A DNA stretch of 63,941 nucleotides, counting the filler, from Candidatus Omnitrophota bacterium (GTDB lineage: Bacteria > Omnitrophota > Gorgyraeia > Zapsychrales > Zapsychraceae), in the NCBI GenBank assembly GCA_015233495.1. It is 4 parts of 4 records of this genome, joined end to end, with 100 filler letters (N's around TTAATTAATTAA, not from the genome) between each part and the next. Parts side by side here need not be neighbours in the genome. Positions count along the whole stretch, not along the records: positions 40,011 to 59,402 come from JADFXQ010000037.1; positions 59,503 to 63,941 come from JADFXQ010000088.1; 2 more parts are not named here. One strand, given 5' to 3'. Shown here piece by piece: positions 53,486 through 63,885 of this stretch. Each line of letters opens with the position of its first letter. The stretch's first letter is position 1. The notes beneath the pieces were generated by a model, which was not told the origin of the DNA, ran no database searches, and saw nothing but the letters and a program-made list of their open reading frames with translations. The translations under genes were made by a program, and so were the position numbers.

Positions 53486-54799
53486 CTAACGCATCGGCCC
53501 GTCGAAATATCCTTGATTATAACCGCGGATAAAAATTTCGGGAATAGGGATTTTCCAAAAACAGCGCGGGTCAGCCCAGTAAGCGATTTCTCCGGGCAAG
53601 GCGGAAGATAAGCTGATCTCTTGACGAAAAGACGGGGACAGAAAATGGCGTTTGGTATTATTTAGGGCCGCAGTTACGCGGGAGGGCAGAGGTCCCATAA
53701 AAAATAAACCAGCGCTCAGCGCAACACAGATCCCAATTACGACGTGTTTTATTTTTTGATTCGGGAGAGCGCATCCCAGGTAAGGCAGGCATTGGATGAG
53801 GGTAAGCAAAAAGACCGGGAATACTAGGTCATTATAAATGAAAATGCGCGGGGTAACGGGGTAGCCTTTGCGCAGTGCGATCCAGGCAATGCCGGGTTCG
53901 AGAAGAAAGAGGAGAAAAGCCGAGAATAAAGCGATCGCCAAGGGCCGGTTGTTTTTGTCCGCAAAGCAAACGGCGATCCCGGCAACACAGAGCAAGCCGA
54001 GGGGATATTGGGCCGCCCAAAAATGCAAGAAATCCAAATGGGTCGGAAATCCGAGATTTCCGCTTTTCCAGGGAATGTAATAAAAACACAATAACATTGG
54101 CAGAACAAAATAAAGGCTTTTGCGCCAGAGGTTTTTTTTATCAATTGGCGGGTTGAGTAAGGCCGTGATGAACGCGGCGCCGCCCATACTGAAAATTTGA
54201 AAAATGCTGCCGGTGGAAGTTAAAGCCATGAGAATCAGGCAAATAAAAAGCGGTTTTTTTGACGAGGGGTTGAGCAAAGCGAAGCTTAAAGCGCTGAGCC
54301 AGAGCATATTCCATAAGGCATAAGCCCGGGCTTCAATTGCGTAATGAGCCGTTAAGGGCGCAAATAAGAGCGCGGTGAAAGCCAGGCAGAGAAGACTGCA
54401 CTGCAGGATTTTCATCGCGGTTGAAACAGGTTTACGGAGAATTTGGGCCGCAAAGAGGATATAAAAAAAAGCGGTGAACAAAACCGTTAACCCCAGCGAA
54501 ATTATCCGGTAATACACGGCCGGATGCAATCCCAGCCAGTTGATTTTTTCGCGTATGTGATCAAAATATTTTTGCGGCCAATAATAAAGCGGGGCCGGGC
54601 TCGCTTCTCCGGAGCCGTGCAGCAGCAGATGAGTGTAGGTTGATAGACGACAAACATATTTGATGGCATTATGTTCATCCGTCCAGGTCGCTTTTTGCAG
54701 GGCGCGGTGGCAGGCGTCAATGGTAAAAACCGTCAGCAAAGCGCTTAAAAAAACGCCGGTAGTCAAGCTGAGTATGAGGCGAGGTAAATTTTTGATCAT
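53486..54799 (-). CDS. Multi-TM protein, GT-C-like (ArnT/PMT-type) glycosyltransferase candidate
   Basis: WTDE after TM1, PAPLYY, YAIEARAYAL; paralog of the next gene. Confidence 0.6.
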   Translation of the reverse strand: MIKNLPRLILSLTTGVFLSALLTVFTIDACHRALQKATWTDEHNAIKYVCRLSTYTHLLLHGSGEASPAPLYYWPQKYFDHIREKINWLGLHPAVYYRIISLGLTVLFTAFFYILFAAQILRKPVSTAMKILQCSLLCLAFTALLFAPLTAHYAIEARAYALWNMLWLSALSFALLNPSSKKPLFICLILMALTSTGSIFQIFSMGGAAFITALLNPPIDKKNLWRKSLYFVLPMLLCFYYIPWKSGNLGFPTHLDFLHFWAAQYPLGLLCVAGIAVCFADKNNRPLAIALFSAFLLFLLEPGIAWIALRKGYPVTPRIFIYNDLVFPVFLLTLIQCLPYLGCALPNQKIKHVVIGICVALSAGLFFMGPLPSRVTAALNNTKRHFLSPSFRQEISLSSALPGEIAYWADPRCFWKIPIPEIFIRGYNQGYFDGPMR

Positions 54800-54833
54800 C
54801 AGAAATTATGCGGCCCAGAAAGGCTGCCGGGAG

Positions 54834-56258
54834 CTATTGGACAAAATTCATTTTTTCGATTTCGAACGCTTGGCGTAAATTTTCCGGAAAAACCCAAAAA
54901 TTTTCCGGGATTTCCCAATAATAAATTTCTTTTGCCGAAGCGGAAGCGACGCTGAGGGCTTGCCGGTTTTCTGGTTTGGTGAAATGCGCGACGGATGTTT
55001 TAACCGCGGTGGTCAAGCGGGTGTGGACGTCCACGGTATAGAATAAAGCTGCACAGCTGAAGAGACAGATACTGAGTCCCCAGGCGCGGGCGGTCTTTTT
55101 TCCGGGCGGATCGAACCCTCCGGGGAGACAGCGGGCTAAGGTCAATAAAAAAACCGGGACGGAGAGTTCATTAAAGAGGAATTGCCGGTTGTGCAGAAAA
55201 TATTTTTTCGCGACCACGGCCGCCGTCATTAACGGTTCAAAGAAATAGAGCAGCAGCATCGACAAAGACGCCAAAGCGAAAATCCGTGTTTCTTTTTTTT
55301 GGAAACATAAAACAATCCCCAAAACACTTAATAAGGCCGTGGGTCTCTCGTTATTCCAAAATCGAAAAAAAAGCTCTGCGAGGTTGGGCGGCTGGGGATA
55401 TTCCCAATGCGCGCCCCAAGGGAAGTAATAAACGCAGAGCAAGGCCGGCGCAATAAACAGCCGGGATGCGGCTGAGAGAGTGGTTTTCCAGTTGGTAGTT
55501 TCGTTCCAGCGCAGAATAATAAAGGCGCTGGCCATGGCGGCTATTTGAAAAATACTCCCGGTGGTGGTGAATGCCATGAGCAAAAGCAGGACAGTGATTC
55601 CCCAGCCGCGGCGGTTGCTGGTCAAGGTCAAGGTGAGGGCGGCCATCCACAAAAGATCCCATAAGACATAAGGACGGGCCTCAATGGCGTAAGCGTACAC
55701 AAAAGGTTGAAACAAGAGGCATACGGTAGCCAATAACAAAAGCAGAATTTGGGTTGTTTTCACGGAAGGCGGCGCGGTGTTTTGGCTGATCGCGCAGCCC
55801 ATGAGTATGACGATAAAAATAGTGAGCAATAAAGTTGCGGCAATGGAGATCAAGCGAAAATAAACCAAGGGATGAAAACCGGCCCAGTTGATGTTTGTCC
55901 TTTGATTATAAATCCATTTGGTTAAAAGGGTGTAAAACGGCGAAGGACTGCCTTCATTTTTTTGGAAAGGGCCATGCCAAAACAAATGGCTATAAGAATT
56001 GCGCATGGCTAAATGCTTGATCGTGTAATGTTCATCCGTCCAGAGGGGTTTTTGGCGGGCGGCGTATAAAGCATTGACAAAGAAAATCGCGAGAAGCGCG
56101 GCAAAAACAGGCAAAGCGATCCCGAGCATCCAGCGGCGAAACGTCGCGTCTTTTATCATTTGATTTAGCGTATGGGAATAGGATTTATGATCATCAACAG
56201 TCTTACGTGACTTTAATAGTTTAGCCTTACTAACCCATTCAAAACTCGAAAGAACCAT
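54834..56258 (-). CDS. Multi-TM protein, GT-C-like glycosyltransferase candidate
   Basis: LWTDE, PSPFY, YAIEARPY; true start may be downstream (MIKDATF). Confidence 0.6.
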   Translation of the reverse strand: MVLSSFEWVSKAKLLKSRKTVDDHKSYSHTLNQMIKDATFRRWMLGIALPVFAALLAIFFVNALYAARQKPLWTDEHYTIKHLAMRNSYSHLFWHGPFQKNEGSPSPFYTLLTKWIYNQRTNINWAGFHPLVYFRLISIAATLLLTIFIVILMGCAISQNTAPPSVKTTQILLLLLATVCLLFQPFVYAYAIEARPYVLWDLLWMAALTLTLTSNRRGWGITVLLLLMAFTTTGSIFQIAAMASAFIILRWNETTNWKTTLSAASRLFIAPALLCVYYFPWGAHWEYPQPPNLAELFFRFWNNERPTALLSVLGIVLCFQKKETRIFALASLSMLLLYFFEPLMTAAVVAKKYFLHNRQFLFNELSVPVFLLTLARCLPGGFDPPGKKTARAWGLSICLFSCAALFYTVDVHTRLTTAVKTSVAHFTKPENRQALSVASASAKEIYYWEIPENFWVFPENLRQAFEIEKMNFVQ

Positions 56259-56380
56259 AGTTCATAATACCACAACATAGTTCCGGCTAAAAATATTAAA
56301 ATAATTTTTGCGGTGAAACGGTCGACATTGTTTTGCGGGTATGTTACTATAACCCTGAGTTGCGGAATAAGGAGGCCGGC

Positions 56381-56767
56381 ATGGTTATTCGTAAAATCAA
56401 ATTATTCGTGTTAAGCGCGCTTTTGTTTTTTGCCTGCGGCTGTGTTTATCTGGTGGTGGGGGGGATTGGGGCGGTGGGAGGGTATGTTGTGAGTCCAGAT
56501 ACCGTCGAAGGATTAACGCAAAATAAAACGACGACGGTTTGGGAAAACGCGGTGAAGGTCTTGTCCATCATGGGGACCATTGTTGAAAAAGATCAAATTT
56601 CCGGCGTGGTTACCGCGAAGCTCAGCGGGTCTAAAGTCGATGTCCGGATCTTATCGATGGGAGAAAACACGGTTAAATTGAGCGTCAAGGCGCGGAAAGC
56701 GTTTTTGCCGAAAATTGCTTTGGCGCAGGACGTTTTTGTCAAGATTATGAGCCAGGTCAATGATTAA
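56381..56767 (+). CDS. Putative lipoprotein (DUF3568-like)
   Basis: AAGGAGG RBS, lipobox-like ACGC followed by Gly-rich VVGGIGAVGGY. Confidence 0.65.
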   Translation: MVIRKIKLFVLSALLFFACGCVYLVVGGIGAVGGYVVSPDTVEGLTQNKTTTVWENAVKVLSIMGTIVEKDQISGVVTAKLSGSKVDVRILSMGENTVKLSVKARKAFLPKIALAQDVFVKIMSQVND

Positions 56768-56777
56768 AGGTTAGAAC

Positions 56778-58688
56778 ATGAATTTTTGGCAGATCGGGAT
56801 GTTTTTTGTTTTGTTCGGTTCGATCTTTACGGTCGGGAGCCTGGTTTATGCTTTTATTTTTGACCGCGGAGCTTCCCAGCTTAACCGCAGTGTTTATTTG
56901 GGCGAGACTTTACTTTTAGGAAGCACGGTGTTGTACGGGGTATTTTTGTTCTGGTCGATGTGCGGGCTTTACAATCAATATTTTCTTTGGGGGACGGTTT
57001 TAGGGGGGTATGCGGGTTTGATTTTTGGCGGAGCCCGGCGGGGAATCGGCAGTTTTTTTCGCGCGGGTTTTTCCCGGCATATAGGTTTTTATATTTTTGC
57101 CGCTTTGTTTGGTTTTTTTGTGTTCCGGAATTGTTTTTTCCTGATTGACGTCGATTCGCACGCGACGTATCTTTTGGCGCAAAAGCTTTGGCTGCAATTT
57201 CACACCAGCATCATTCGCTCCAACGCGATCGATGCCCGCATTTATATCCCGCAATTTGACAATATTTTTTATAGTCTGAGCATCCCAATTTTTCCGACGG
57301 AGACTTTTTTCCCGCAACTGATCAATATTTTTTTCCGGGGGATCGCGGTGCTGTTGGTTTACGGGTATGTCACTTACCGGTTCAACGCCTGGTATGGTGT
57401 AGCCGCGTCGATGTTTTTGCTGTTCAACCTGCATTTTTATATTTCCGGAGCGAACCAATGGGTTCTTATGAACGGCGCGATTGTCGCTTTAGTTTTCGCG
57501 GCTTGTTACAATTTTTATGAAAGCCGGCGTAATTTTACGTTTGACCGTTTTTTGTTGGGGTTGATTTTTCTTAGCCAACTGCCCAGCAATAAGTATCAGA
57601 GTTTTTATTTTTTCTTTTTTCTCCTCGCTTTAGGCCTTTTTATCCAACCGGTATTGAAAGAGCAAATCCTCGCCATTTGCCAGCAGAGAAAAAAGCTATC
57701 TTTGGCGCTCCTGTTCATCAGCATCGCGGCTTTGCATTATGTCAAGAATTGGATTACCACGGGCTTGCCGTGTTTCCCGGTTTTAGGCGGGACCTTCCAT
57801 ATTTTTGGCCGCGATCCGGAGTTTGACATGGTTTTTCAACAGTATGGCCGCGGCGTGACGTGGATGGAGTTTGTGAAAAATTTTAGTTTTTTCTATCTCT
57901 GGCACGGTATGCAGCCGGCGTATCGTTTTCTGCTGTTTTTTTTATCACTGCCGCTCATTGTCGTGATTGCCGGGCGTGTCAAATTTAACTTGGATAAAAT
58001 TTATGAGTTGTGTTATTGGCTGAGCGCTTCGGCATTAGTCACGTTTGGCATCTGCCTCGCCACGCACCAAGACCCGCGTTATTATGTTTATGCGATCGGA
58101 GTCATGACGTTTACGACCATATTCGCGTTTGATTACGTTTTGCGGGAGTTTTTTTGCTTAAGGAACCGATTCGTTTTTTTTCGCTACGCGATTATTCTTT
58201 GGGTGGCGTGTCAAGGTTGGCGGATATTTTTAGCCGAAGGCAGTGATTTTAAGTTGCCGCTGATCAAATGGAATATTGGAGTCCTGACGAATAAAATTCA
58301 CACGATGGATGTTATTGATTATTATTTTTCCAAAACGCGTCTGTATTTAATGGCAGCGGAAAAATATCCGGAAGTTTACGCGAAATCCGCCTGGAATTAT
58401 GATCAGGGAGCCTCTTTTTCATTTTTTATTGTTCCGGTACGGCCGGCGATTTCTTTGTGGTGGACTTCCATGGTCCGCTGGAAGTCTTATGAAAAAGCGG
58501 AATTAGTAGAAAAAGATCTGCGGGACAATGGGATAGAATTCGTGTTAAAGCCGAACGACTCGGGGTTGAACTTTCAGCCGGTGAACGAGTTCGCGCAAGA
58601 CGCGATAAAAATCAATCGGTTTCCTTCCAAAACCCAATTCGATTATGGTTTTCCTCCGGAATTGACGACTGTAAATTATAAACGATAA
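56778..58688 (+). CDS. Large multi-TM membrane protein, possible GT-C family
   Basis: Many TM helices, acidic loop IDVDSHATYL, YVKNWITTG..P motif. Confidence 0.6.
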   Translation: MNFWQIGMFFVLFGSIFTVGSLVYAFIFDRGASQLNRSVYLGETLLLGSTVLYGVFLFWSMCGLYNQYFLWGTVLGGYAGLIFGGARRGIGSFFRAGFSRHIGFYIFAALFGFFVFRNCFFLIDVDSHATYLLAQKLWLQFHTSIIRSNAIDARIYIPQFDNIFYSLSIPIFPTETFFPQLINIFFRGIAVLLVYGYVTYRFNAWYGVAASMFLLFNLHFYISGANQWVLMNGAIVALVFAACYNFYESRRNFTFDRFLLGLIFLSQLPSNKYQSFYFFFFLLALGLFIQPVLKEQILAICQQRKKLSLALLFISIAALHYVKNWITTGLPCFPVLGGTFHIFGRDPEFDMVFQQYGRGVTWMEFVKNFSFFYLWHGMQPAYRFLLFFLSLPLIVVIAGRVKFNLDKIYELCYWLSASALVTFGICLATHQDPRYYVYAIGVMTFTTIFAFDYVLREFFCLRNRFVFFRYAIILWVACQGWRIFLAEGSDFKLPLIKWNIGVLTNKIHTMDVIDYYFSKTRLYLMAAEKYPEVYAKSAWNYDQGASFSFFIVPVRPAISLWWTSMVRWKSYEKAELVEKDLRDNGIEFVLKPNDSGLNFQPVNEFAQDAIKINRFPSKTQFDYGFPPELTTVNYKR

Positions 58689-58767
58689 ATGAAAGGTGAT
58701 AGGAGAGAGGAGACCGCCCCGCGCCGAAGGCGCGTGGCTTTTGATTTTTTTGCCGCGCAAAAAAATC

Positions 58768-58995
58768 AGCCGATGAGAGGAGTCGAACCTCCGACCTGTC
58801 GTCGCGCTGGCGCGCTCCTCCCCATAGGGGCTTCGCACCTCTGGCGGTCGCTACGCTCCCTGTCACCCCAAAAGCCTGTCTGCCGACAGGCAGGCGCGGG
58901 GGATAAATCCCCCGCACCCCCTGGGTCGGAGGTGAAATGTGAAATAGAATGAGGAGTTTTTTTATGAGCCGATGAGAGGAGTCGAACCTCCGACC
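58768..58995 (-). repeat. tRNA-Thr-linked element with duplicated tRNA 3' end
   Basis: 29-bp duplication (58768-58796, 58967-58995; 199-bp period); core homologous to the tRNA-Val element. Confidence 0.9.
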
Positions 58996-59039
58996 CGCGC
59001 ATTACGAATGCGCTGCTCTACCAACTGAGCTACATCGGC
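58967..59039 (-). tRNA. tRNA-Thr(CGT)
   Basis: GCCGATG...CATCGGC-T, anticodon loop TTCGTAA. Confidence 0.93.
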
Positions 59040-59117
59040 GATGATTTTTTGTGGGCGTTTAAAATCAGGTGGTTTTCAAAACAGTAGCTTGCTAATCAAA
59101 ATTATTTTTAAGAAAAC

Positions 59118-59193
59118 TGGTGCCGAGACCCAGAATTGAACTGGGGACGCAAGGCTTTTCAGGCCTTCGCTCTACCAACTGAGCTATCTCGGC
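59118..59193 (-). tRNA. tRNA-Phe(GAA)
   Basis: GCCGAGA...TCTCGGC-ACCA, anticodon loop CTGAAAA. Confidence 0.95.
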
Positions 59194-59231
59194 ACGAATA
59201 ATCAGCGTATGACGTTGATTATTAGGAAGGC

Positions 59232-59260
59232 ATTGTATCCAACCAAGATAGGGTTGTCAA
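59232..59260 (-). promoter_or_regulatory. Sigma70 promoter of tRNA-Phe/Thr
   Basis: TTGACA-17 nt-TACAAT on the minus strand. Confidence 0.75.
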
Positions 59261-59274
59261 TCAATTTTGACGAG

Positions 59275-59402
59275 ATCCAGCCAAATTAATAATGTCCTAG
59301 TTCTACCAAAATAAAAATGTCCTAATTTCGGGTGGCTAAACTTCCTTTTAACTTGAATCCGTCTCTCCAATATGAGTTTTTTCTTGGAATGTATCTTTGT
59401 CG
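59275..59402 (-). mobile_element. IS right end with transposase C-terminus (same family as 39786)
   Basis: Two CCAAA.T.A.AATGTCCTA repeats (59281-59326); minus-strand frame RQRYIPRKNSYWRDGFKLKGSLATRN* ends at 59322. Confidence 0.65.
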
Positions 59403-59554
59403 NNNNNNNNNNNNNNNNNNNNNNNNNNNNNNNNNNNNNNNNNNNNTTAATTAATTAANNNNNNNNNNNNNNNNNNNNNNNNNNNNNNNNNNNNNNNNNN
59501 NNAGCCGTAAAATAATCTTGACGAAATAGGGCTTCGTCCCCTATTCTACCCGAT

Positions 59555-60592
59555 ATGAATTTTGATTTTGCCAATATTCAACAGCAAATTGCCGAGGATA
59601 AAAACCAAATTGCTTCCGTCCAGGACTTGGAGCGGCTGCGGTTAAAATACTTGGCGAAAAAAGGGATCATTGCCGAGCTTTATGCCGCTTTGGGCAGTTT
59701 GCCGCCGGAGCAAAAGGCCTTAGTCGGGAAAAACGCCAATATCTGGCGACAGGAGCTGGAAGCATTTATCGCCGCGAAAAAGACGGATTTGGCTAAAGCG
59801 GCGCCGACACTCGGAGGAACCGCTATTGATGTGACTTTGCCCGGCGTGGCTTTGCCTTTGGGGCATGCGCATATTTTGACCACGGTAATGGAGGATATTT
59901 GCGCGATTTTTGAGAAATTGGGCTTCGCGGTTGTCGAAGGTCCGGAGATGGAAACGGAATTCAACAATTTTGACGGGCTGAATATCCCGCCGGAACACCC
60001 TGCCCGCGACGGATTGGATACGTTTTACGTTGAAATTCCTGACCCGGCCGCGCCGGGAAAAAAATTGTTGCTGCGCAGTCAGACCTCACCGATGCAGATC
60101 CGGGTCATGCGGGAGCATCAGCCGCCTTTGGCGGTGGTGGTGCCGGGTAAGGTTTATCGGCCGGACGCGGTGGACGCCAGTCATTCTTTTATGTTTCATC
60201 AGATCGAGGGATTGCTCGTCGATAAAGATGTAAAGTTTTCGGATTTGAAAGGTTTGTTAACGTCTTTTTGCCGGAAGTTTTTTGGGACGGATATTCGGAT
60301 GCGGCTGCGGCCGCATTATTTTCCGTTTACCGAACCCTCGGCGGAAGTGGATATTTCCTGTTATCTTTGCGGCGGGAAAGGGTGTTCGGTCTGCGGCCGC
60401 AAAGGCTGGCTGGAGATTATGGGCTGCGGTATGGTGCACCCGAATGTTTTTCAGGCAGTGGGGTATCCTCCGGATGTTTACACGGGTTTGGCATTTGGGT
60501 TGGGAGTGGAACGGATCGCCATGCTGAAATACGGCATTAAGGATATTCGTTTGTTTTATGACGGGGATGAGAGGTTTTTAAGGCAGTTTTAG
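59555..60592 (+). CDS. pheS: Phenylalanine-tRNA ligase alpha subunit
   Basis: HPARD, FHQIEGL, YFPFTEPS, AFGLGVER. Confidence 0.97.
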   Translation: MNFDFANIQQQIAEDKNQIASVQDLERLRLKYLAKKGIIAELYAALGSLPPEQKALVGKNANIWRQELEAFIAAKKTDLAKAAPTLGGTAIDVTLPGVALPLGHAHILTTVMEDICAIFEKLGFAVVEGPEMETEFNNFDGLNIPPEHPARDGLDTFYVEIPDPAAPGKKLLLRSQTSPMQIRVMREHQPPLAVVVPGKVYRPDAVDASHSFMFHQIEGLLVDKDVKFSDLKGLLTSFCRKFFGTDIRMRLRPHYFPFTEPSAEVDISCYLCGGKGCSVCGRKGWLEIMGCGMVHPNVFQAVGYPPDVYTGLAFGLGVERIAMLKYGIKDIRLFYDGDERFLRQF

Positions 60593-60689
60593 AGCTGCGC
60601 TTGCGTTGAGAATGAGCATTATAGGCGAAAAGGCGTTATCTTCTGCCTCAACGCAAAAGCAGGACTGCTTGTCTATCAGGAAACTATTC

Positions 60690-62703
60690 ATGAAAATATC
60701 GATCAACTGGCTGAAAGAATATGTGGAGATCCCGGTTTCCGTCGAGGAATTGGTGGAGGTATTGACTTTGTCCGGCGTGGAGGTGGAAAAAGTCGAGAGC
60801 CTCGCCGGGGATACGGTATTGGACGTGGAGATCACTCCGAATCGTCCGGATTGTTTGCATTATCTTGGTTTAGCCCGCGAGACTGCCGCGATGCTTAATA
60901 CGCGGCGTTCTGCCGCGGAAGCCGCGGGGATAACCTATCCTGGGGCCGGATTTCCGGTGGAAATCGAGAATCCCGAAGATTGTTCGCGGTATATAGGCTC
61001 GCTGATTGAAAATGTCAGTATTAAAAGTTCCCCGGCGTGGCTGACTGAAAAGTTTGCGGCGGTTGGTGCGCGTACGGTGAACAATGTGGTGGATGTCACG
61101 AATTTTTCTTTGCTGGAAAACGGCCAGCCTTTGCACGCCTTTGATTTTGATAAACTGATCGGCGGGAAAATTATTGTACGCCGGGCGAAAGCCGGGGAAA
61201 AAATTGTGACGATCGACGGGGCGGAGCGGGCGTTGGACCCGGCGATTTTGGTGATTGCCGACAGCCAGCGTCCGGTGGCCATTGCCGGGATAATGGGCGG
61301 GAAAGCCACGGAAGTGACGTCCGCCACAAAAAATATTTTGTTGGAAAGCGCTTGTTTCACGCCGGTGCTGATCCGCCGGGCGTCACGCCGCTTGAGTTTG
61401 TCAACGGATTCGTCTTACCGGTTTGAACGCGGGGTGGATTTTACGGGAGTCGCGCGAGGCGCGGACCGGGCATTGACCTTGATATTACAAGCAGCGGGCG
61501 GCGCGATCATCCGGCNNNNNNNNNNNNNNNNNNNNNNNNNNNNNNNNNNNNNNNNNNNNNAAATTGAACGGGTTTCTCGGAGCGGATTTAACTTTGTCCG
61601 CGGTCACGGATATATTGACCCGGTTGGATTTTGCCTACCAGGTGATGGATGGCGAAACCATCGTCGCGACTGTTCCGGTATTCCGGCAGGATGTTAGCCA
61701 AGCGGTCGATGTTTATGAAGAAGTCGCCCGGATCGCGGGATATGATAAATTGCCGGCGAGCGCGCCGGTGGTGCGGGCACACGCGGTGCAGACGGACAGC
61801 CGGCGGATCCAGCGGCAAAAAATCGCGGCCGCGTTGCGTTCGTCGGGGTTGGATGAAATTGTGACTTTTTCTTTAGTCAGCCGGGCCGCCTTGGCTAAAT
61901 CCGGGTTGGCGGATGTTACGGCTGTGCCGGTAATCAATGCCTTATCCAAGGAGCAGGAAGTCCTGCGGCCGTCGTTATTGCCGAGTATGTTGGCCGCACT
62001 TTTGACGAATTGTAACCGCGGTCAAAAAAATATTAAAATTTTTGAAACAGGCAAGCTTTATACTCCGGCGGGCGAAACGGAAACCGCGGCGGTGCTTTTA
62101 TCCGGACAGGCCGCGGAGGATTGGCGTGACACTAAAAAACCCGCGGTGGATTTTTATGATCTAAAAGGCATTGTGGACAAAGCCTTGTTGACGGTCGCAG
62201 AGGGCGGCCTGGCGTATCAAGCCGGTAATGAGAATTTTTTAGCAGCCGGGCAAGCCTGCCGCGTGGTTTTGGCCGGTGAACCGCTCGGGTTTTTGGGACG
62301 GGTCAGCCCCCGGATACTTGCCGAGTGGGACATTAAAAGCAAGGAGGTTTATTTCGCGCAAATCAATCTGGAAAAATTGTATAAACTGTCCCAGCCGATC
62401 CGCAAATATCAACCGCCGCCGGAATTTCCGGGGATTGTCCGGGATATCAGTCTGTCCGTCAGCCGGGACATTGAATTTCAAACAATCCAAGACCTCGCCT
62501 TATCCGGCGGCCAAGGATTGTTGGCCAGCGTCGTATTTCTGGAAGAATATATTGGCGAGAAAATCGCCAAAGACCAGCGCGGTTTGGTTTTTTCCCTTAC
62601 CTACCAAGCCGCTGACCGCACCCTGCGGGAAGAAGAAGTCAATGCCGTCCACGAAACCCTAGTCCAGCGCTTACTCGCCGAACTGCCTGCCACCCGCCGT
62701 TAA
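60690..62703 (+). CDS. pheT: Phenylalanine-tRNA ligase beta subunit (interrupted by N gap 61516-61560)
   Basis: MKISINWLKEY, TPNRPD, GQPLHAFD, SYRFERG, EEVARIAGY, LRPSLLP, RTLREEEV. Confidence 0.93.
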
Positions 62704-62763
62704 ATAATATGTGTGTAAGTTTTTCGCTGGTTTTTTGGTAAAAATCGGATATACTAAAATTAT

Positions 62764-62914
62764 AAATCCCTGCTGTGCGCGTTAGGCGTAAATAAAAAGA
62801 ACCAACACTTTTTATAAGGATGGCCGGACTTCCGCGGCGCCCTTGGGTTCCCGGAGAGGCCTCCACTTGGTGAACAGGTTCACCTTTTTTACCCGACGGC
62901 ATTTGCGGGGATTT
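62764..62914 (+). ncRNA. ssrS: 6S RNA
   Basis: Long rod with pairing ends AAATCCCTGC/GCGGGGATTT, GAACC...GGTTC inner stem; typical position after pheT; TATACT just upstream. Confidence 0.75.
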
Positions 62915-63139
62915 TTTTTGCCCTTTTCCACAGCTGTCTGCCTGCTGTCGGAAGGCAGGCCTACTGGTAGACTTTCGGCAAACCGGGAGGTGGTTAAATA
63001 TCGCCGCGGTCCATGTCAATTGAGCTTAGGATATTGCGGGCTAAAGTGATATTGAGATTGGTTTTGGTGATCATTGGAAGGGATCTCCTTTCAATAAAAT
63101 AATAACATAATAAAATCTAATAAATTTTTCGGATATCGG

Positions 63140-63841
63140 GTGATGGCTAAAGCTAAACGACAAGCGGATATGGCCGGCGCGGAAACGATGTTCGCTGCGG
63201 AGGGCAGGGACGAGGTGTTTCAGACTTCTCCTTTGAGCGTGCGGATGCGTCCTTTGACGTTTGAGGAATATGTTGGGCAGACGCATATTCTGGGTCCGGG
63301 TAAACTGTTGACCCGGGCAGTGGAGTCGGACCGGTTGAGTTCGATCATCCTTTACGGCCCGCCGGGCGTGGGCAAGACGACTTTGGCGCTGTGCATCAGT
63401 CAGAAGACCAAGGCGCATTTTGAGCGTCTGAACGCAGTCATGAATAATGTGGAGGATTTAAGGCGCGTTATCACCTCCGCGCAAAACCGCCGGTTGATGT
63501 CGGGAAATCGGACGATTCTTTTTATTGATGAAATTCATCGGTTCAATAAAGCCCAGCAGGATGTCTTGATGCCGGATATTGAAAGCGGAAACATCATTTT
63601 GATCGGCGCGACCGTGATGAACCCGTTTTTTTCCCTGATCAGCCCGCTGGTGTCGCGGTCTTTGGTGTTTGAGTTGCAGCCGCTTACACAAGCGGATATT
63701 TTGTCGTTATTGAAGCGCGCGCTGACGGATAAAGAACGCGGCTTGGGCCTGCATCCGGTGGACGCTGAGGAAGAGGCATTACAGTTTTTAGCGAAAACCA
63801 GCGACGGGGACGGCAGGCGGGCGGACACAACAAATTTTTAA
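63140..63841 (+). pseudogene. rarA: Replication-associated recombination protein A (RarA/MgsA), truncated after the AAA+ core
   Basis: PLSVRMRP, YGPPGVGKTT, FIDEIHRFNKAQQD; similarity stops at GDGRR, 233 aa only. Confidence 0.75.
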
Positions 63842-63885
63842 AAAAAGGTAAACGTCATGACTTGTGTCTTGTGTCGTGTGTGCCC

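Noticed and set aside
61516..61560. Apparent frameshift or split of pheT
   Set aside because: Coincides with an N gap of estimated length; both halves look intact.
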